Below are positions 26,091-35,555 of a stretch of DNA of 64,000 nt, piece by piece. Positions within the stretch are counted from its first letter, which is position 1. Each line of letters begins with the position of its first letter. The position numbers were made by a program, and so were the translations under genes. This stretch comes from an uncultured Mycoplasmatota bacterium. GTDB taxonomy: Bacteria; Bacillota_I; Bacilli_A; RF39; UBA660. Under the pieces are notes generated by a model. That model was given only the letters and a program-made list of their open reading frames with translations, had not been told where the DNA came from and did no database searches. Where the stretch lies: assembly GCA_946494015.1 (NCBI GenBank), contig CAMMBL010000002.1, forward strand, positions 1,379 through 65,378. The letters run 5' to 3'.

Positions 26091-26437
26091 TGAGTTTAAC
26101 TGAACAGGTTATTTCAATGATCTTTTCTTTTATTTATGGTATGTTTTTAGCATGTGCTTATAATATTAATTATAATTTATTATTTAATATTAAATTGACT
26201 TTTAAAGTGTTGTTTAATATTGTTTTTATTATAGATTTAGTTTTAATATATTTTATAATTATAAAAAAAATAAATAATGGTATTATTCATCCATATTTTT
26301 ATATTTTGATTATTTTGGGATTTTATCTTTTCTTTAAAATTACAAAAAAACTTAGAAATATTTTTAAGATAGAGAAATTAGTAAAAAATCAAGATAAATT
26401 AAAAAGAAAAGTGACTAAAAGTGTAAAGAATGATTAG
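26090..26437 (+). CDS. yabQ: Spore cortex biosynthesis membrane protein YabQ
   Basis: 115 aa with multiple TM segments. Its start overlaps the yabP stop. Synteny supports the call. Confidence 0.7.
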   Translation: MSLTEQVISMIFSFIYGMFLACAYNINYNLLFNIKLTFKVLFNIVFIIDLVLIYFIIIKKINNGIIHPYFYILIILGFYLFFKITKKLRNIFKIEKLVKNQDKLKRKVTKSVKND

Positions 26438-26497
26438 AGTTTATTGTTCTTTTTTTTTCTTAATATTATAATATATGTTAGGAAAGTAGGTGAATTT

Positions 26498-26800
26498 GTG
26501 ACTAAAGTACATAAGAAAAAGAAAAAATTGGGGCCAGCTATTTTACTTTGTGTTTCTTTTGTCATTATAATTTTTACTACTTTTACTATATTTAAATATT
26601 GGACAGAAATATATAGTAAATATAATGAAAAAAAGGAATTAAAAAAGGAATTGGCAGCTTTAAAAGATAAAGAAGAAGAACTTAAAGTTGATGTTAATAA
26701 ATTACAAGATTCTGATTATGTAGCAAGGTATGCTAGAGAAAAGTATTTTTATTCTAAAGATGGTGAATATATTTTAAAAATACCAGAAGATAATAAATAA
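26498..26800 (+). CDS. divIC: Septum formation initiator (FtsB/DivIC family)
   Basis: TM helix, then a coiled coil and DSDYVARYAREKYFYSKDGEYILKIP. GGTGA RBS before the GTG at 26498. Confidence 0.8.
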   Translation: MTKVHKKKKKLGPAILLCVSFVIIIFTTFTIFKYWTEIYSKYNEKKELKKELAALKDKEEELKVDVNKLQDSDYVARYAREKYFYSKDGEYILKIPEDNK

Positions 26801-26828
26801 TTATATTAATTGGAGATGTTAAGAGGTT

Positions 26829-28148
26829 ATGAATATAGATAATTTATATAATGATATTAAAATTAAATCTGGCGATTTTTTGGTTTTTGGTTGTTCTTAT
26901 GGTCCTGATTCTATGGCTTTATTTAAAACTTTGCTTGAATATAGAAAAAACCATGATATTAGGTTAGTATGTGCTCATGTTAATCATGGTAAAAGAAAAG
27001 AAAGTGAAAAAGAAAAAGAGGAATTAGAAGAATTTTGTGCTAAGAATAATGTAATATTTGAATATATGAAAATTGAGAGATATGGCGATGATAACTTTCA
27101 TAATGAAGCTCGAAATATTAGATATGATTTTTTTGAACAAATTGTGAAAAAGTATAATGCTAAATATCTTTTAACTGCTCATCATGGTGATGATTTGATG
27201 GAAACTATTTTGATGAGAATTGCAAGGGGCTCAACTTTAGAAGGTTATGCAGGCTTTAAAAAGTTAGTTAAAATGAACGGATACTACATTTTTAGACCGT
27301 TTATAAGTCTTACTAAAGAAGAATTGGTTGATTATTGTCATAAGAATAAAATACCTTATGCAATTGATAGTAGTAATAATAGTAGTGTTTATACTAGAAA
27401 TAGATATAGAAAAAATGTTCTTCCATTTTTAAAAAAAGAAGATAAGAATATTCATCAAAAATTTTTAAAGTTTAGTAGTTTACTTATTGAAGCTAATAAT
27501 TTTATCGAAAAAGAGGCATGTAAGAATTTTAAAGATGTTATTAGTGATAATAATACTTTAGTTATAGATAAATTTTTAAATGTCGATTCTTTCTTGCAAA
27601 AAATAATCTTAGAAAAATTCATTTCTAATTTTTATCAAGATGATTTGATTTTAATAAATGATAAACATTTAACTTTGATTATGAAATTAATTAATAGTAA
27701 AAAGAGTAATTCTAGAGTTAATTTGCCTAATGATGTTATAGTTAGTAAAAGTTATAATTTGTTAACTATTAAGCGTTCTCCTATTCTTATTAGTAATTAT
27801 GAAATAGAGTTAAGTGAAGAAGTTTTACTTCCTAATGGACATAAATTGAAAAAAATTGATTATACACCTTTACATAATAATAGTGTTATTAAATTATCTA
27901 GTAAAGAGATAGTTTTACCTTTAATTGTTAGGACTAGAAAAGTTGGTGATGTTATGGCTATTAAAGGGGGAGGACATAAAAAAATTAAAGATATTTTTAT
28001 AGATAATAAAATACCTTTGACAGAAAGAGATTTATGGCCTATAGTAGTTGATAGTGCTTCACATATAGTTTTTATACCAGGTTTAAAAAAATCTAAATTT
28101 GATAAGACTAATAATGAATTTTATGATATAATACTGAAATATGAGTAA
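26829..28148 (+). CDS. tilS: tRNA(Ile)-lysidine synthetase
   Basis: PP-loop variant GCSYGPDS, AHHGDD, and a C-terminal lysidine-synthase block (GHKKIKDIFID.KIP). Confidence 0.88.
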   Translation: MNIDNLYNDIKIKSGDFLVFGCSYGPDSMALFKTLLEYRKNHDIRLVCAHVNHGKRKESEKEKEELEEFCAKNNVIFEYMKIERYGDDNFHNEARNIRYDFFEQIVKKYNAKYLLTAHHGDDLMETILMRIARGSTLEGYAGFKKLVKMNGYYIFRPFISLTKEELVDYCHKNKIPYAIDSSNNSSVYTRNRYRKNVLPFLKKEDKNIHQKFLKFSSLLIEANNFIEKEACKNFKDVISDNNTLVIDKFLNVDSFLQKIILEKFISNFYQDDLILINDKHLTLIMKLINSKKSNSRVNLPNDVIVSKSYNLLTIKRSPILISNYEIELSEEVLLPNGHKLKKIDYTPLHNNSVIKLSSKEIVLPLIVRTRKVGDVMAIKGGGHKKIKDIFIDNKIPLTERDLWPIVVDSASHIVFIPGLKKSKFDKTNNEFYDIILKYE

Positions 28149-28166
28149 GAAAAGGAGAGATTATTT

Positions 28167-30134
28167 GTGAATATAAATAAAAAGGTTGTTAAAAAAGGCT
28201 TACTTCCATATGTTTTTTTACTTTTGATTATGTTAGGAATTATTTACTTTGTAAGTGTTGCTAATCAAAAAGTTAATGTTTTAACTTATGATGAATTCAT
28301 GACAAGTCTTGAAGATAAAGAAGTTAAAAGTATTGAAGTAACACCAAGAGATAGAGCGAAGGTTTATGAGATTACTGGTACTTTAGATAATTATAAAGAA
28401 AATGAGAGCTTTTTTGTTAGAATTCCTTTGTCTGATCAAGTTATGAAAAAGTTAGTGGAAGCTAGTGAAAATGATAAATTTGAATTTGTAAGTAATGCTG
28501 ATCCTGAGTCTAGTACATTACTTCTAGTTATAGTTAATTTTTTACCTTTAGTTTTACTTGTATTTGTTGCTTTTTGGTTTTTAAGTAAACAAATGGGTGG
28601 AGGTAAAAACTCTTTAGATTTTGGTAAAAGTAAAGCAAAATTATCAAGTGATAAAAATAAAGTAACTTTTAAAGATGTTGCTGGACTTACTGAAGAAAAA
28701 GAGGAAGTAAAAGAATTAATTGACTTTTTAAAGAATCCTAAAAAATTTCAGAAACTTGGAGCTAGAATTCCTAAAGGTGTACTTTTATATGGTCCTCCAG
28801 GAACAGGAAAAACTTTACTTGCTCGTGCTGTAGCTGGTGAGGCCAATGTTCCTTTCTACTATATTAGTGGATCTGATTTTGTAGAGTTATTTGTTGGTGT
28901 TGGAGCAAGTCGTGTTCGTGATATGTTTCAACAAGCTAAAAGAACAGCTCCTTGTCTTATCTTTATAGATGAAATTGATGCTGTTGGTAGACAACGTGGA
29001 ACAGGAATTGGTGGCGGTCATGATGAAAGAGAGCAAACATTAAATCAATTACTTACAGAGATGGATGGTTTTGGGGAAAATGAAGGAATTATAATTATTG
29101 CTGCTACTAATAGACCTGATGTACTTGATCCAGCTTTACTTCGTCCTGGAAGATTTGATAGGCAAGTTACTGTTAATTTGCCTGATGTAAAGGGACGTGA
29201 GGAAATACTTAAAGTTCATGCTCGTAATAAAGTATTAGCTCCATCTGTTAATATTCCAGCGATTGCTAAGAGAACTCCAGGATATTCTGGTGCTGATCTT
29301 GAAAATTTACTTAATGAGGCTGCTTTACTTGCTGTTAGACGAAATAAGGATGCTATTACAATGAGTGAAATAGACGAAGCTAGTGATAGAGTTTTAATGG
29401 GACCTGCTAAGACTAGTGCTAAAAGAAGTGAAAATGATCGAAGATTAGTCGCTTATCATGAGTCTGGACATGCTGTTGTTGGAATTAAATTAAAAGGTGC
29501 TAGTGATGTTCAAAAAGTTACAATTATTCCTCGTGGTGCTGCTGGTGGTTATAATATGATGATCCCTAGTGAAGAAAAAATATGTAAGACTAAAACTGAT
29601 TTATTAGAAGAAATTACTGGATTACTTGCTGGTCGTGTTAGTGAAGAAGTCGTTTTTGGTGAAGTTACTACAGGTGCTGAAAATGATTTTGAGAAAGCAA
29701 CAAAAATTGCAAGGGCTATGGTTACTGAATATGGAATGAGTGATTTGGGTCCTATGCAATTAGAACAAAGAGAAGGTAGTTCATTCTTAGGTCGTGATTA
29801 TAATAAAATACGTAATTTCTCTAATGAAGTTGCTCATGAAATTGATCAAGAAATGAGAAAGATCATTGATAAATGTTATGAGGAAGCTACTAAGATAATT
29901 AAAGAAAATAGAGGTTTACTTGATTTACTTGCTAATACTTTACTTGAATATGAAACTTTAACTAAAGAACAAATTGATTATTTAGTAGAATATGGTAAAA
30001 TGCCTAATGAAGATGAGGAAACTAGTTATGAAAAAATGAGTTTAACTAAATTAAAAGAAATTGCTAAAGAAAAAGGTATTAAAGGTTATACTAAGATGAA
30101 TAAAGCTGAACTTATTAAAGAACTTGAAAAATAG
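28167..30134 (+). CDS. ftsH: ATP-dependent zinc metalloprotease FtsH with an extra C-terminal Rho_N/SAP-like tail
   Basis: Walker A GPPGTGKT, Walker B IIFIDEID, SRH region, HEXXH as HESGHA. GTG start after GGAGAG. The tail reads [31 protein letters not shown]. Confidence 0.95.
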   Translation: MNINKKVVKKGLLPYVFLLLIMLGIIYFVSVANQKVNVLTYDEFMTSLEDKEVKSIEVTPRDRAKVYEITGTLDNYKENESFFVRIPLSDQVMKKLVEASENDKFEFVSNADPESSTLLLVIVNFLPLVLLVFVAFWFLSKQMGGGKNSLDFGKSKAKLSSDKNKVTFKDVAGLTEEKEEVKELIDFLKNPKKFQKLGARIPKGVLLYGPPGTGKTLLARAVAGEANVPFYYISGSDFVELFVGVGASRVRDMFQQAKRTAPCLIFIDEIDAVGRQRGTGIGGGHDEREQTLNQLLTEMDGFGENEGIIIIAATNRPDVLDPALLRPGRFDRQVTVNLPDVKGREEILKVHARNKVLAPSVNIPAIAKRTPGYSGADLENLLNEAALLAVRRNKDAITMSEIDEASDRVLMGPAKTSAKRSENDRRLVAYHESGHAVVGIKLKGASDVQKVTIIPRGAAGGYNMMIPSEEKICKTKTDLLEEITGLLAGRVSEEVVFGEVTTGAENDFEKATKIARAMVTEYGMSDLGPMQLEQREGSSFLGRDYNKIRNFSNEVAHEIDQEMRKIIDKCYEEATKIIKENRGLLDLLANTLLEYETLTKEQIDYLVEYGKMPNEDEETSYEKMSLTKLKEIAKEKGIKGYTKMNKAELIKELEK

Positions 30135-30445
30135 TTCTTTTTTATATATAAGGAAAGTGCTGTTTTTGATAAATATTGAATTTATGTATTGATAAACATA
30201 TTATTTATACTATAAAAGTTTAATATAGATAATGTTTAAATATTAGATAAAAAATAAATTAGTTGATGATGACTATTAAATTTAAGTCTATAAAGATGTG
30301 ATGTTACTTTATCTATGAGTAGTAATCCTTGGGGGTAACGACAAGGGTAAACTAAATTTTATTTTATTTCTTATGTTCTAGTAACAATTAAAATTTTAAA
30401 TTTTGATTGACTATAATTTGTAGTATGTGTTATTTTAAAAGTGTT

Positions 30446-30468
30446 TTTTCCACACAATTTGTGGAAAA
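30446..30468 (+). promoter_or_regulatory. Perfect 9-bp inverted repeat TTTTCCACA-N5-TGTGGAAAA just upstream of the mscL RBS
   Basis: Read directly. It lies ~30 nt downstream of a TATAAT at 30412-30417. Confidence 0.35.
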
Positions 30469-30487
30469 CGTTATGGAGGTAGTAGTA

Positions 30488-30904
30488 GTGAAAAAAGAAA
30501 TTGGTGAATTTAGAAAATTTATTAGTAGGGGTGCTGTTTTAGATATGGCGATTGGTGTTATTATAGGTGGTGCTTTTTCTAAAATAGTTAGTAGTCTAGT
30601 TAATGATATATTTATGCCTTTGTTAGGAGTAATTTTAGGAGGTCTTGATTTTAGTGGGTTGTCTATTAAAATAGGAGATGCTTCTATTATGTATGGTTCT
30701 TTTATTCAAAGTATTGTAGATTTTTTGATAATTGCTGTTTGCATTTTTGTAATGGTTAAGATAGTTACTAATATTAGAGAAAGGGCTGATAAAAAGCTTG
30801 GTATAGAACATAAAAAAGAAGAAAAGAAAAAAGATGAACAAATAGTATTGCTTGAAGAAATTAGGGATTTATTAAAGGATAGTAAGAAAGTAGGCAAGAA
30901 ATAA
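30488..30904 (+). CDS. mscL: Large-conductance mechanosensitive channel
   Basis: EFRKFISRGAVLDMAIGVIIGGAFSKIVSSLVNDIFMP is the MscL TM1 signature. GGAGG RBS 8 nt before the GTG at 30488; an ATG at 30473 is the alternative start. Confidence 0.9.
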   Translation: MKKEIGEFRKFISRGAVLDMAIGVIIGGAFSKIVSSLVNDIFMPLLGVILGGLDFSGLSIKIGDASIMYGSFIQSIVDFLIIAVCIFVMVKIVTNIRERADKKLGIEHKKEEKKKDEQIVLLEEIRDLLKDSKKVGKK

Positions 30905-31575
30905 TGGAATTGTATGAGTTAAGTGCTAACAATAAAGATTTTTTTGTATATGAATTAAAAGATTTTAAAAATAGAGTTTTTGAATATAAGAAAAAAAGAA
31001 TTGGATTAGAAGCTTTAGATTTATATACATTGGTTTCAACTGATAAAAAATTAATTTATGATATTATTAGTGGTAAGGAGATTGATTCTATGCCAATAAC
31101 TTTAGGAAATTATGATTATTTTGTCGATTTGTATAAAGATAATTGTGAACATCTATTTGAACAATTAAAAAAGAAAAAAATATATGAAGAATATCTTAAT
31201 AATAAGTATTCTATTTGTATAAATAGAAATTTTAAGGATAATAAGCAAGATAATAGTTATAATTTTTTAATAACTGAGAAACCTTCTTCTATTATCATTA
31301 ATAATCAAGATTACTATCAATTAGATAGGATGTTATCTTTACCTATGGATTTAGCAGCATTACATTATTTAGAACAAGGGAACTTTAGTGTTTTTACTTA
31401 TAATGAGGCTTTAGCTCAGGCTATTCCTTTTCAATTATTTGAAATAGATTATATAGAACATCTTCCTACTAGTTTTCTTAATTTAGAAATTATTAATAAT
31501 AAAAATATTAAAGATGATATTGCTGGGCGTGAGAAGGTTTTAACCTTATATCGGACTAGTCAAAATAAAGATTAG
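30904..31575 (+). CDS. Hypothetical protein
   Basis: 223-aa ORF whose ATG overlaps the mscL stop (TAATG). No motif recognised. Confidence 0.5.
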   Translation: MELYELSANNKDFFVYELKDFKNRVFEYKKKRIGLEALDLYTLVSTDKKLIYDIISGKEIDSMPITLGNYDYFVDLYKDNCEHLFEQLKKKKIYEEYLNNKYSICINRNFKDNKQDNSYNFLITEKPSSIIINNQDYYQLDRMLSLPMDLAALHYLEQGNFSVFTYNEALAQAIPFQLFEIDYIEHLPTSFLNLEIINNKNIKDDIAGREKVLTLYRTSQNKD

Positions 31576-31587
31576 GAGTTATTTAAA

Positions 31588-32577
31588 ATGAAATGGAAAA
31601 TTGGTAATGTAGAAATAGATAATCAAGTTGTTTTAGCTCCTATGGCTGGTATTTGTAATAGTGCGTATCGAAAGATAATTAAGGAAATGGGTTGTGGTCT
31701 TATTTATGCAGAAATGGTTAGTGATAAGGCAATATGTTATGATAATAAAAAAACGCTAGATATGCTTTATATGGAGGATGTGGAACGTCCTATTGTTCAA
31801 CAAATATTTGGTAGTGATGAGGATAGTTTTGTACAAGCAGCTAAATATATAGAAAAGAATATGAAACCTGATATTATAGATATTAATATGGGGTGTCCTG
31901 TTCCTAAAGTTGCACTTAGAGCTCAAGCTGGTAGTGCTTTGTTGAAAGATCCATCCAAAGTAAAAAAAATAGTTTCTTCAGTAGTTAAGGCTGTTAAATG
32001 TCCAGTTACAGTTAAGATTCGTAGTGGTTGGGATATGGAACATATTAATGCTGTTTTAATTGCTAAGATTTGTGAAGAAGCAGGTGCTAGTGCTATTTGT
32101 GTTCATGCTAGAACTAGGAGTCAAGGATATAGTGGTAAAGCTGATTGGAATATTATTCGTGATGTTAAAAATAATGTTAATATTCCTGTGATTGGTAATG
32201 GAGATATTACTAGTCCATTGAAAGCTAAAGAAATGCTTGATTTTACGGGATGTGATGCTATTATGATAGGTAGAGGTGCTTTAGGTAATCCTTGGCTTAT
32301 TAGAAATACTGTTTTATATTTAGATGGTAAGAGTTATAGTCTTCCTAGTAGTGTTGATAAAATTAATATGTGTATTAAACATCTTAATATGTTAGTTGCT
32401 TTAAAAGATGAGAAAAGAGCAGTGCTAGAAATAAGAAGTCATATTATGTGGTATTTAAAAGGTATTAAAGGCAGTGGGGAAATTAAAAAGAAAATTTGTG
32501 AGATGAATAAACTTTGTGATATACTACATGTATTGGAGATGTTTAAGGAGGGACTTAATGAAGAAAAGTATTTATGA
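31588..32577 (+). CDS. dusB: tRNA-dihydrouridine synthase
   Basis: LAPMAGI.N..YR, DINMGCP and VTVKIR motifs. AGGAG RBS. Confidence 0.9.
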   Translation: MKWKIGNVEIDNQVVLAPMAGICNSAYRKIIKEMGCGLIYAEMVSDKAICYDNKKTLDMLYMEDVERPIVQQIFGSDEDSFVQAAKYIEKNMKPDIIDINMGCPVPKVALRAQAGSALLKDPSKVKKIVSSVVKAVKCPVTVKIRSGWDMEHINAVLIAKICEEAGASAICVHARTRSQGYSGKADWNIIRDVKNNVNIPVIGNGDITSPLKAKEMLDFTGCDAIMIGRGALGNPWLIRNTVLYLDGKSYSLPSSVDKINMCIKHLNMLVALKDEKRAVLEIRSHIMWYLKGIKGSGEIKKKICEMNKLCDILHVLEMFKEGLNEEKYL

Positions 32578-33253
32578 TAAAATAAAAGAAGAAGATAAAA
32601 AGAAAATAGAAGAAGATTCATCTTCAGTTACAGCTCTTTTTAGTCAAAGACTTTTAGCTTTTATAGTTGATTTTTTACTTCTTAGTATATTAATAAATTT
32701 AATAACAATGTTTGTTCCTGTTAATTCTACTGCCACTAAACTTTATAAAGAACAAAATGAAGTTATAGAAAATTATTTAGATGGTAATATTTCTATGGAA
32801 GAATATGTAAATCAATTAGTTGATCTTGGTTATGATATTTCTAAACAAACTGTAATTGTTTCTCTTGTTTCTATTGTAATTAGTTTACTTTATTATGTTG
32901 TTTATCCATGTTATAATAATGGGCAGACATTAGGTAAAAAACTGTTTAAAATTAAGATTAAGAAACTTAATAATAAGGAATTATCTATGAATGACTTACT
33001 TATTAGATCAATGATTAATAATAGTATTTTAGTTAATATTATTAATATTATTCTTGTTCTTTTCTTAAATAAAGATTTATATTTAAGTAGTAGTAGTTTA
33101 ATTTTAGGAATTCAATATTTAGTATTAATTATAAGTGTATTTATGATTGCATTTTCAAAGAATTCTCAGGGATTACATGATAAAATTGTAAATACAGAAG
33201 TTGTTGTTGTTGATACAGTAAAGGAGGATGTTTTATGCGAGAGCGGAAATTAA
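32558..33253 (+). CDS. RDD-family membrane protein
   Basis: The ATG at 32558 follows AGGAGGGA. SQRLLAFIVDFLLL motif, several TM segments, and a terminal GLHDKI. Confidence 0.6.
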   Translation: MKKSIYDKIKEEDKKKIEEDSSSVTALFSQRLLAFIVDFLLLSILINLITMFVPVNSTATKLYKEQNEVIENYLDGNISMEEYVNQLVDLGYDISKQTVIVSLVSIVISLLYYVVYPCYNNGQTLGKKLFKIKIKKLNNKELSMNDLLIRSMINNSILVNIINIILVLFLNKDLYLSSSSLILGIQYLVLIISVFMIAFSKNSQGLHDKIVNTEVVVVDTVKEDVLCESGN

Positions 33254-34731
33254 GTGAACAAGAATTAGTGAGGAGAGAAAAAGCTTTAAATTTAAAAAAA
33301 TTAGGATATGATCCTTTTGGTTCAAAATATGAACGTAAAGATTTTGCTACTGATGTAAAAAATAAATATAAAGATGTAGATCATGACGAATTTGAAAATA
33401 TGACAGATACTGCTAAGGTAGCTGGAAGAATTATGTTTATTAGAAAAATGGGAAAGGCTTCTTTTTTCACTATAAAAGATAAGACTGGTTCTATACAAAT
33501 TTATATTTCTATTAATGATGTAGGTGAAGATAGTTATAGCCTATTTAAAAGTGCTGATATTGGAGATATAGTAGGAGTATTTGGTAAAGTTATGAAAACT
33601 AGAACAGGGGAAGTTACAATTAAATGTTTAGAATATACGCCTTTAGTTAAAGCTTTAAGACCACTTCCTGAGAAATTTCATGGACTTACTGATGTTGAAG
33701 AACGTTATAGAAGACGTTATGTTGATTTAATTATGAATGATGATTCTAGACATGTTGCTTTTTTAAGGCCTAAAATAATTCGTTCTATTCAAAACTTTTT
33801 AGATAATAAAGGTTTTGTAGAAGTAGAAACTCCAGTTTTATCTACCTTATTAACAGGAGCATCTGCTAGACCTTTTATTACTCATCATAATTGTCAAGAT
33901 CTTGATATGTATCTTAGAATAGCTTTAGAATTACCTTTAAAGAGACTTTTAGTTGGGGGTATGGAAAAGGTTTATGAAATTGGTCGTACTTTTAGAAATG
34001 AAGGCATGGATCCTAAACATAATCCGGAATTTACACTTATGGAAGTATATGAAGCTTATTCTGATTTAGAAGGAATGATGGATTTAACAGAAGAAATGTT
34101 TTTAAATATTGCTCAAAATGTTATTGGAAAAACAGATTATCATTGGTGTAATTATGATATAAATTTAAAAGAACCTTTTAAAAGAATAAGTATGGTAGAT
34201 GCTATAAAAGAAAAAACAGGTATTGATTTTAAAAAGGAAATTAGTTTAGATGAAGCTTTAGAATTAGCAAGAGAACATAATATCGAAGTTGCTGAACATG
34301 AGAAAACAGTAGGGCATATTATTAATCTTTTCTTTGAAAAATATGTAGAAGAAACTTTAATTCAACCTACTTTCTTATATGGACATCCAATAGAAATTTC
34401 TCCACTTACTAAAAAGAATAAAGAGGATCCAAGATTTGTTGATCGTTTTGAATTGTTTATTGGTGGTAGAGAGTTTGCTAATGCTTATACAGAGTTAAAT
34501 GATCCAGTTGATCAGTTAGAAAGATTTGAAGAACAATTAAAAGAAAAAGATTTAGGTAATGATGAAGCGAATGATATAGATATGGACTTTATTGAAGCCT
34601 TGGAATATGGTATGCCACCTGCTGGTGGAGTTGGGTATGGTATTGATAGGTTAGTGATGTTTTTTACAGAACAAGAGAGTATTCGGGATGTAATATTATT
34701 TCCTACAATGAAACCTATTGATAAAAATTAA
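33235..34731 (+). CDS. lysS: Lysine--tRNA ligase (class II)
   Basis: OB-fold N-domain, RYRQRY-like (RYRRRYVDL), class II motifs FRNEG and GxGxGxDR (GYGIDRLVM). Confidence 0.95.
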   Translation: MRERKLSEQELVRREKALNLKKLGYDPFGSKYERKDFATDVKNKYKDVDHDEFENMTDTAKVAGRIMFIRKMGKASFFTIKDKTGSIQIYISINDVGEDSYSLFKSADIGDIVGVFGKVMKTRTGEVTIKCLEYTPLVKALRPLPEKFHGLTDVEERYRRRYVDLIMNDDSRHVAFLRPKIIRSIQNFLDNKGFVEVETPVLSTLLTGASARPFITHHNCQDLDMYLRIALELPLKRLLVGGMEKVYEIGRTFRNEGMDPKHNPEFTLMEVYEAYSDLEGMMDLTEEMFLNIAQNVIGKTDYHWCNYDINLKEPFKRISMVDAIKEKTGIDFKKEISLDEALELAREHNIEVAEHEKTVGHIINLFFEKYVEETLIQPTFLYGHPIEISPLTKKNKEDPRFVDRFELFIGGREFANAYTELNDPVDQLERFEEQLKEKDLGNDEANDIDMDFIEALEYGMPPAGGVGYGIDRLVMFFTEQESIRDVILFPTMKPIDKN

Positions 34732-34797
34732 GAGTTATAGTTTAGATTTCTATAATTCTTTTTTATTTTTTTCATAAACTTATTTTGAGGTGATAAT

Positions 34798-35487
34798 ATA
34801 AAACCTATTATTGGTATTGTAGGAAGAAAATATAGTAGAGATGCTAATATTATTTGTGTTGAAGAAATTAGACTTACTATTATAAAAATTGGGTGTATAC
34901 CTTTATTAATTTTACCTGTTAACAAAGATATAAAAAAAATTTATAATGCTGAAGAAATTAAAGAAACAGAAGATATTCTTGATTTGTGTGATGGTTTTAT
35001 TTTACCTGGTGGAGATACTTGGTATCAATTAGATGAAATTGTTATAGATTATGCTATAAAAAATGATAAGCCTCTTTTAGGTATATGTTTAGGAATGCAA
35101 GCTTTAAGTAAAGTTTTAAGTGGTGAAGTTTCTATAGCTTATGATAATACTATTAAAAATAATACTTTTATTAATCATTTAGAAATTAATAAAAATTATG
35201 CTCATAAAGTTATTATTGCTAAAGATAGTAAGCTTTTTTCTATAATTGGTAAAGAGAAAATTATGGTTAATTCTAGGCATAGTTTTCATGTTCCTTTACT
35301 TGATAATAATTATATATGTGCAAAAAGTAGTGATGGTTTAATAGAGGGAGTTGAACTTAAAGATAAATCTTTTATTATTGGTATTCAGTGGCATCCGGAA
35401 ACAATTTATGATATTGATGAAAATTCAAGAAATTTATTTAAATCTTTTTTAAATCATATTTTAAAAACTTCACAAAAATTTCATTAA
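34798..35487 (+). CDS. Class I glutamine amidotransferase / peptidase C26 (gamma-glutamyl hydrolase family); no canonical start codon for the N-terminal domain
   Basis: Catalytic GICLGMQ and QWHPE. The frame is open from 34789 and encodes a typical N-terminus (KPIIGIVGR...). No ATG, GTG or TTG occurs before 34984. A GAGGTG RBS sits 5 nt before an ATA at 34798. Confidence 0.6.
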   Translation: MKPIIGIVGRKYSRDANIICVEEIRLTIIKIGCIPLLILPVNKDIKKIYNAEEIKETEDILDLCDGFILPGGDTWYQLDEIVIDYAIKNDKPLLGICLGMQALSKVLSGEVSIAYDNTIKNNTFINHLEINKNYAHKVIIAKDSKLFSIIGKEKIMVNSRHSFHVPLLDNNYICAKSSDGLIEGVELKDKSFIIGIQWHPETIYDIDENSRNLFKSFLNHILKTSQKFH

Positions 35488-35503
35488 AAAATAAGCCAAA
35501 AGC

Positions 35504-35532
35504 TTGTAAACTAAAGTAATTACTCGTATAAT
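35504..35532 (+). promoter_or_regulatory. Sigma-A-type promoter TTGTAA-17-TATAAT
   Basis: Read directly. Confidence 0.55.
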
Positions 35533-35555
35533 TATAGATGGAAGGAGAGATATAT

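Noticed and set aside
30135-30400. Long AT-rich non-coding region after ftsH; considered as a riboswitch, sRNA or tRNA
   Set aside because: No conserved riboswitch core, no tRNA-like cloverleaf, and only one short GC hairpin (CCTTG...CAAGG near 30327-30346). The evidence is insufficient to call a feature.
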